A stretch of 26,874 nt of DNA from a virus (taxonomy: Duplodnaviria > Caudoviricetes). The notes below the pieces were generated by a model. The model did no database searches, was not told the origin of the DNA, and saw only the letters and a program-made list of their open reading frames with translations. The stretch is from positions 1 to 26,874 of IMG/VR virus record IMGVR_UViG_3300037424_001944. One strand, 5' to 3'. This document shows, one piece after another, positions 24,717 to 26,874 of the stretch; within the stretch, counting starts at the first letter, position 1; each line of letters starts with the position of its first letter. The position numbers and the translations under genes were made by a program.

Positions 24717-24771
24717 TGGTAGGGTCTCCTTTTTTGAATTCCCTGCCCTAAGCGGGCAGGGGCTAGGGTGG

Positions 24772-24939
24772 TTACGACAGGATAGCAAGATTTTTGTATT
24801 TGTTTTTGGCAAACTGCCAAAGGGACTCGTACGAGCGAAACAAGCGCGATTTACTGCGGGGGTTGGGGATAAACGCTTTTGAATTGAAATCAAATAAAGC
24901 CCAACCATGTGATTTTTTCTCGGCTATGAGTGTTTTCAT
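24772..24939 (-). CDS. 55-aa basic peptide (MKTLIAEKKSHGWALFDFNSK...)
   Basis: Translated by hand; GGAGG RBS; fills the gap between its neighbours. Confidence 0.55.
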   Translation of the reverse strand: MKTLIAEKKSHGWALFDFNSKAFIPNPRSKSRLFRSYESLWQFAKNKYKNLAILS

Positions 24940-24954
24940 GGGACCTCCAAAGGA

Positions 24955-25479
24955 TTAGATTAAGCCAGCCTGGGCGGGCTGGAACTGCCAGCAGCCAAAA
25001 CCAGCGAATGACGAATGCACCCACTGGCCGGGGGTGGACGGGATGGGAGCGGGGGGATAGGCCTGCACCCAAAAAGCAAAGACGGGGATGCCAGCCTTGA
25101 CGGCCTCGCGGGCAACTGCCAGCGAGCCAGCACCAGGGGCAAAGAACACAGCAGCAGAGCAACCAGCAAAGGCAGCTTTGGACCTGAGCAAATAACGGGC
25201 TTTGATGGGGACCGAAAGACCACCACCAGCAGCAACGCGAACACGAGCACCTAGACCATTGGCAACGCGGACATGCCAGGGGCAAGATGACAACACGGGC
25301 GCAACTGCGAAAACAAAGAGGGACGATTGAGGGACGGCAACCTCGACAACTTGCTGATCGGCGCCAGACTGACAACCAACATGGATAGATGCACCTGAAG
25401 CAATGACGGCTGAAACGACCTGACCGACTAATGGGGACTGGGGGAGATTGCGGGAACCACCGAAATAGACACTTGACAT
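24955..25479 (-). CDS. SLOG-superfamily (DprA/Smf-like Rossmann) protein
   Basis: 174 aa from MSSVYFGGSR; VGCQSGAD, LLRS, and AVFF..G.GS...AREA.KAGIPVFAF follow the SLOG motif order. Confidence 0.75.
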   Translation of the reverse strand: MSSVYFGGSRNLPQSPLVGQVVSAVIASGASIHVGCQSGADQQVVEVAVPQSSLFVFAVAPVLSSCPWHVRVANGLGARVRVAAGGGLSVPIKARYLLRSKAAFAGCSAAVFFAPGAGSLAVAREAVKAGIPVFAFWVQAYPPAPIPSTPGQWVHSSFAGFGCWQFQPAQAGLI

Positions 25480-25575
25480 GATGACCTTGACCTTTGCCCG
25501 CTTGCGGGCTTGCTTAGATTGGCGGGGCTGAAAAACGCGCAGCCCAGTTTCCACTAAGCATGGCAAAAAGGCACA

Positions 25576-25820
25576 AGGCGGCGCTCTTGTTCGTTGCCGC
25601 CTGGCAAGGGGCAAGCGCGTTCTCACAAAACGGCGCGGGGGGAGGGGGCTACAACGGAAGCGGGCGCTCTTGTTCTTTGCCCGCTGGAGTTTAGTTCCCC
25701 CGATGTACCCCCGTGCGCGCTTTTGTGGCGCTTGCCCCGACTGCCTGCCATGCCCGGCCCCGCCCCATGAAAGAGTGGTGGGCTGACAAGGAATTGCCGC
25801 GCTCTTGTTCTTTGCGGCAA
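25576..25820. repeat. Hairpin array 1: three stems with 13-nt loop GCTCTTGTTC(T/G)TT
   Basis: 25576-25602, 25659-25685 and 25794-25820; perfect 7-bp stems of different sequence. Confidence 0.85.
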
Positions 25821-25948
25821 GGGCAAGGAAGCCACACCCGACTGAATGGATACCTTCGTAGTGGCTCGTAACTTAAATGCTCTTATGCCGGTGCTCGTCC
25901 GGCTTCCTTTTTCGGCGTTCGTGCGTTCGTGCGCTTTTGATCTTTATC

Positions 25949-26293
25949 GGGAGTGGCCGGGCGCACTTAATACCAGCCCCCGCACCCTGCTAAAATGGAG
26001 CCCCATACAGGGCCTGTCAGACGCGGGTAAAAACCGTCCTTATAGAGTGCAACCTACAACGGGAAATCTTGAAGGGTGGTAACAGATTGGGGGTCTGGGG
26101 TGGCTGTGCCCCCCAGCGGGGTGCAGGGGTAGAACCCCTGCGTGTATTTAGAAGTTGGAAGTTATTGGGAGTGGCCGGGCGCACTTAATACCAGCCCGGC
26201 CACCTGTCGGGGAGAAGTGCGGGGGCGCTTTAAATACCAGCCCCCGCACCTGATGAAACGGGTGAAGGCGGGCGTTCTAAATACCAGCCCGCC
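25949..26293. repeat. Hairpin array 2: four units with 13-nt loop GYNYTWAATACCA
   Basis: 25949-25989 (chimeric), 26171-26203, 26217-26249 and 26267-26293. Confidence 0.85.
26086..26141 (+). repeat. Structured repeat unit B, copy 3
   Basis: 44 bp identical to 269-312, followed by a variant hairpin gcagggg-tagaa-cccctgc. Confidence 0.85.
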
Positions 26294-26874
26294 GTTTTGC
26301 TTTTAAGGGGATGTTGCACGTATCGTCAAATCCCTTCCATACCGGCGTCCTGAGTGGAGCGGTGTTCTTCCGCGCAGTCGAAGGGTTCGGGATTTCGCAG
26401 GCGTAGGCCAGTGAGCGGAGCGAACGGTAGCGCCGTGCTCGTCGGCGCGTGGGCCGGAGAACCCCGCCCCCCTGAGAGCGGTTCGACACACATTGCTAAA
26501 CCCAAAGCCAGCCCCCCCGCTAGTGGGGGGCATGGCTTGGGTTTTGGGGTGGGGGGTGTGCCACGCGGCAGGGGGGCGGGGTGGGCCTGCGAAAGTCCCG
26601 TCGCCGGTCGTTGGGGGGTGCAGGGGGGAACGCCCGCTTGTCTGCGGCCCGGCGTGCTCGTTGCCGGGCCGACTGAGCCGACCCTTCCGCCTGCCCGAAG
26701 GGCGAGTGTTTGTCGAGCCTCGGGCTTGGCGGGATGGGTGGGCGGGGGATTGGCCGCTGTCCAGGCTTGGGCTTTTAGTGGTGCTTGTCCACGGTGCGCG
26801 AGAGTGGAGGGAGCGTAGGGAAACAAGGCGCGGGCCTTAGCGCGTGGGTGTTCGCGCGGCCTGCCTGTTCGTTG

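Larger units (their letters stand above)
1..26874. mobile_element. Temperate dsDNA phage (HK97-fold head, terminase/portal), probably a near-complete excised genome
   Basis: TerS/TerL/portal/capsid module, tyrosine integrase with an adjacent tRNA-3'-like att core flanked by phage genes on both sides, Xis-like and replication genes, and no host housekeeping genes. Confidence 0.9.

Noticed and set aside
25581-25813. Lambda/rrn boxA antitermination sites (CGCTCTT)
   Set aside because: The match is on the plus strand, opposite to the adjacent operon, and diverges after 7 nt.
25576-26293. Mini-CRISPR arrays from the hairpin repeats
   Set aside because: Spacing is irregular and only the 13-nt loops are conserved while the stems differ.
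26820-26874. Terminal direct or inverted repeat proving circularity
   Set aside because: No match between the window ends was visible; completeness is inferred only from gene content and attP.

Overview
The window looks like an essentially complete, compact (~27 kb) temperate dsDNA phage genome in its excised form. An intact attP-like tRNA-His 3' fragment lies next to the tyrosine integrase, with phage genes on both sides. The minus-strand late module runs holin-like, TerS, TerL, portal, SH3-like protein, two unknowns, fused protease/scaffold/major capsid, two paralogous 168-aa proteins, small membrane proteins, adaptor, and one 1005-aa Asp-box beta-propeller spike. No tail tube, tape measure or endolysin is recognisable. 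The early modules carry SLOG, SWIM, J-domain, Xis-like, LexA-like HTH and wHTH replication-initiator genes. A Chloroflexota (Anaerolineae-like) host is only an inference. Main observations: (1) two canonical integron attC sites inside an early operon, with exchanged R-boxes indicating that a 273-bp zinc-finger gene cassette inserted into a phage-resident attC, although the phage encodes no IntI; (2) two arrays of hairpins with different stems but conserved 13-nt loops in the terminal non-coding region, one copy being a chimera of two others; (3) a structured repeat present at both ends and at the early/late boundary; (4) a strongly A-depleted SLOG gene; (5) a pseudoknot plus terminator leader before the late operon; (6) an extended RBS motif shared by several early genes. 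All calls are by eye, with no database searches.
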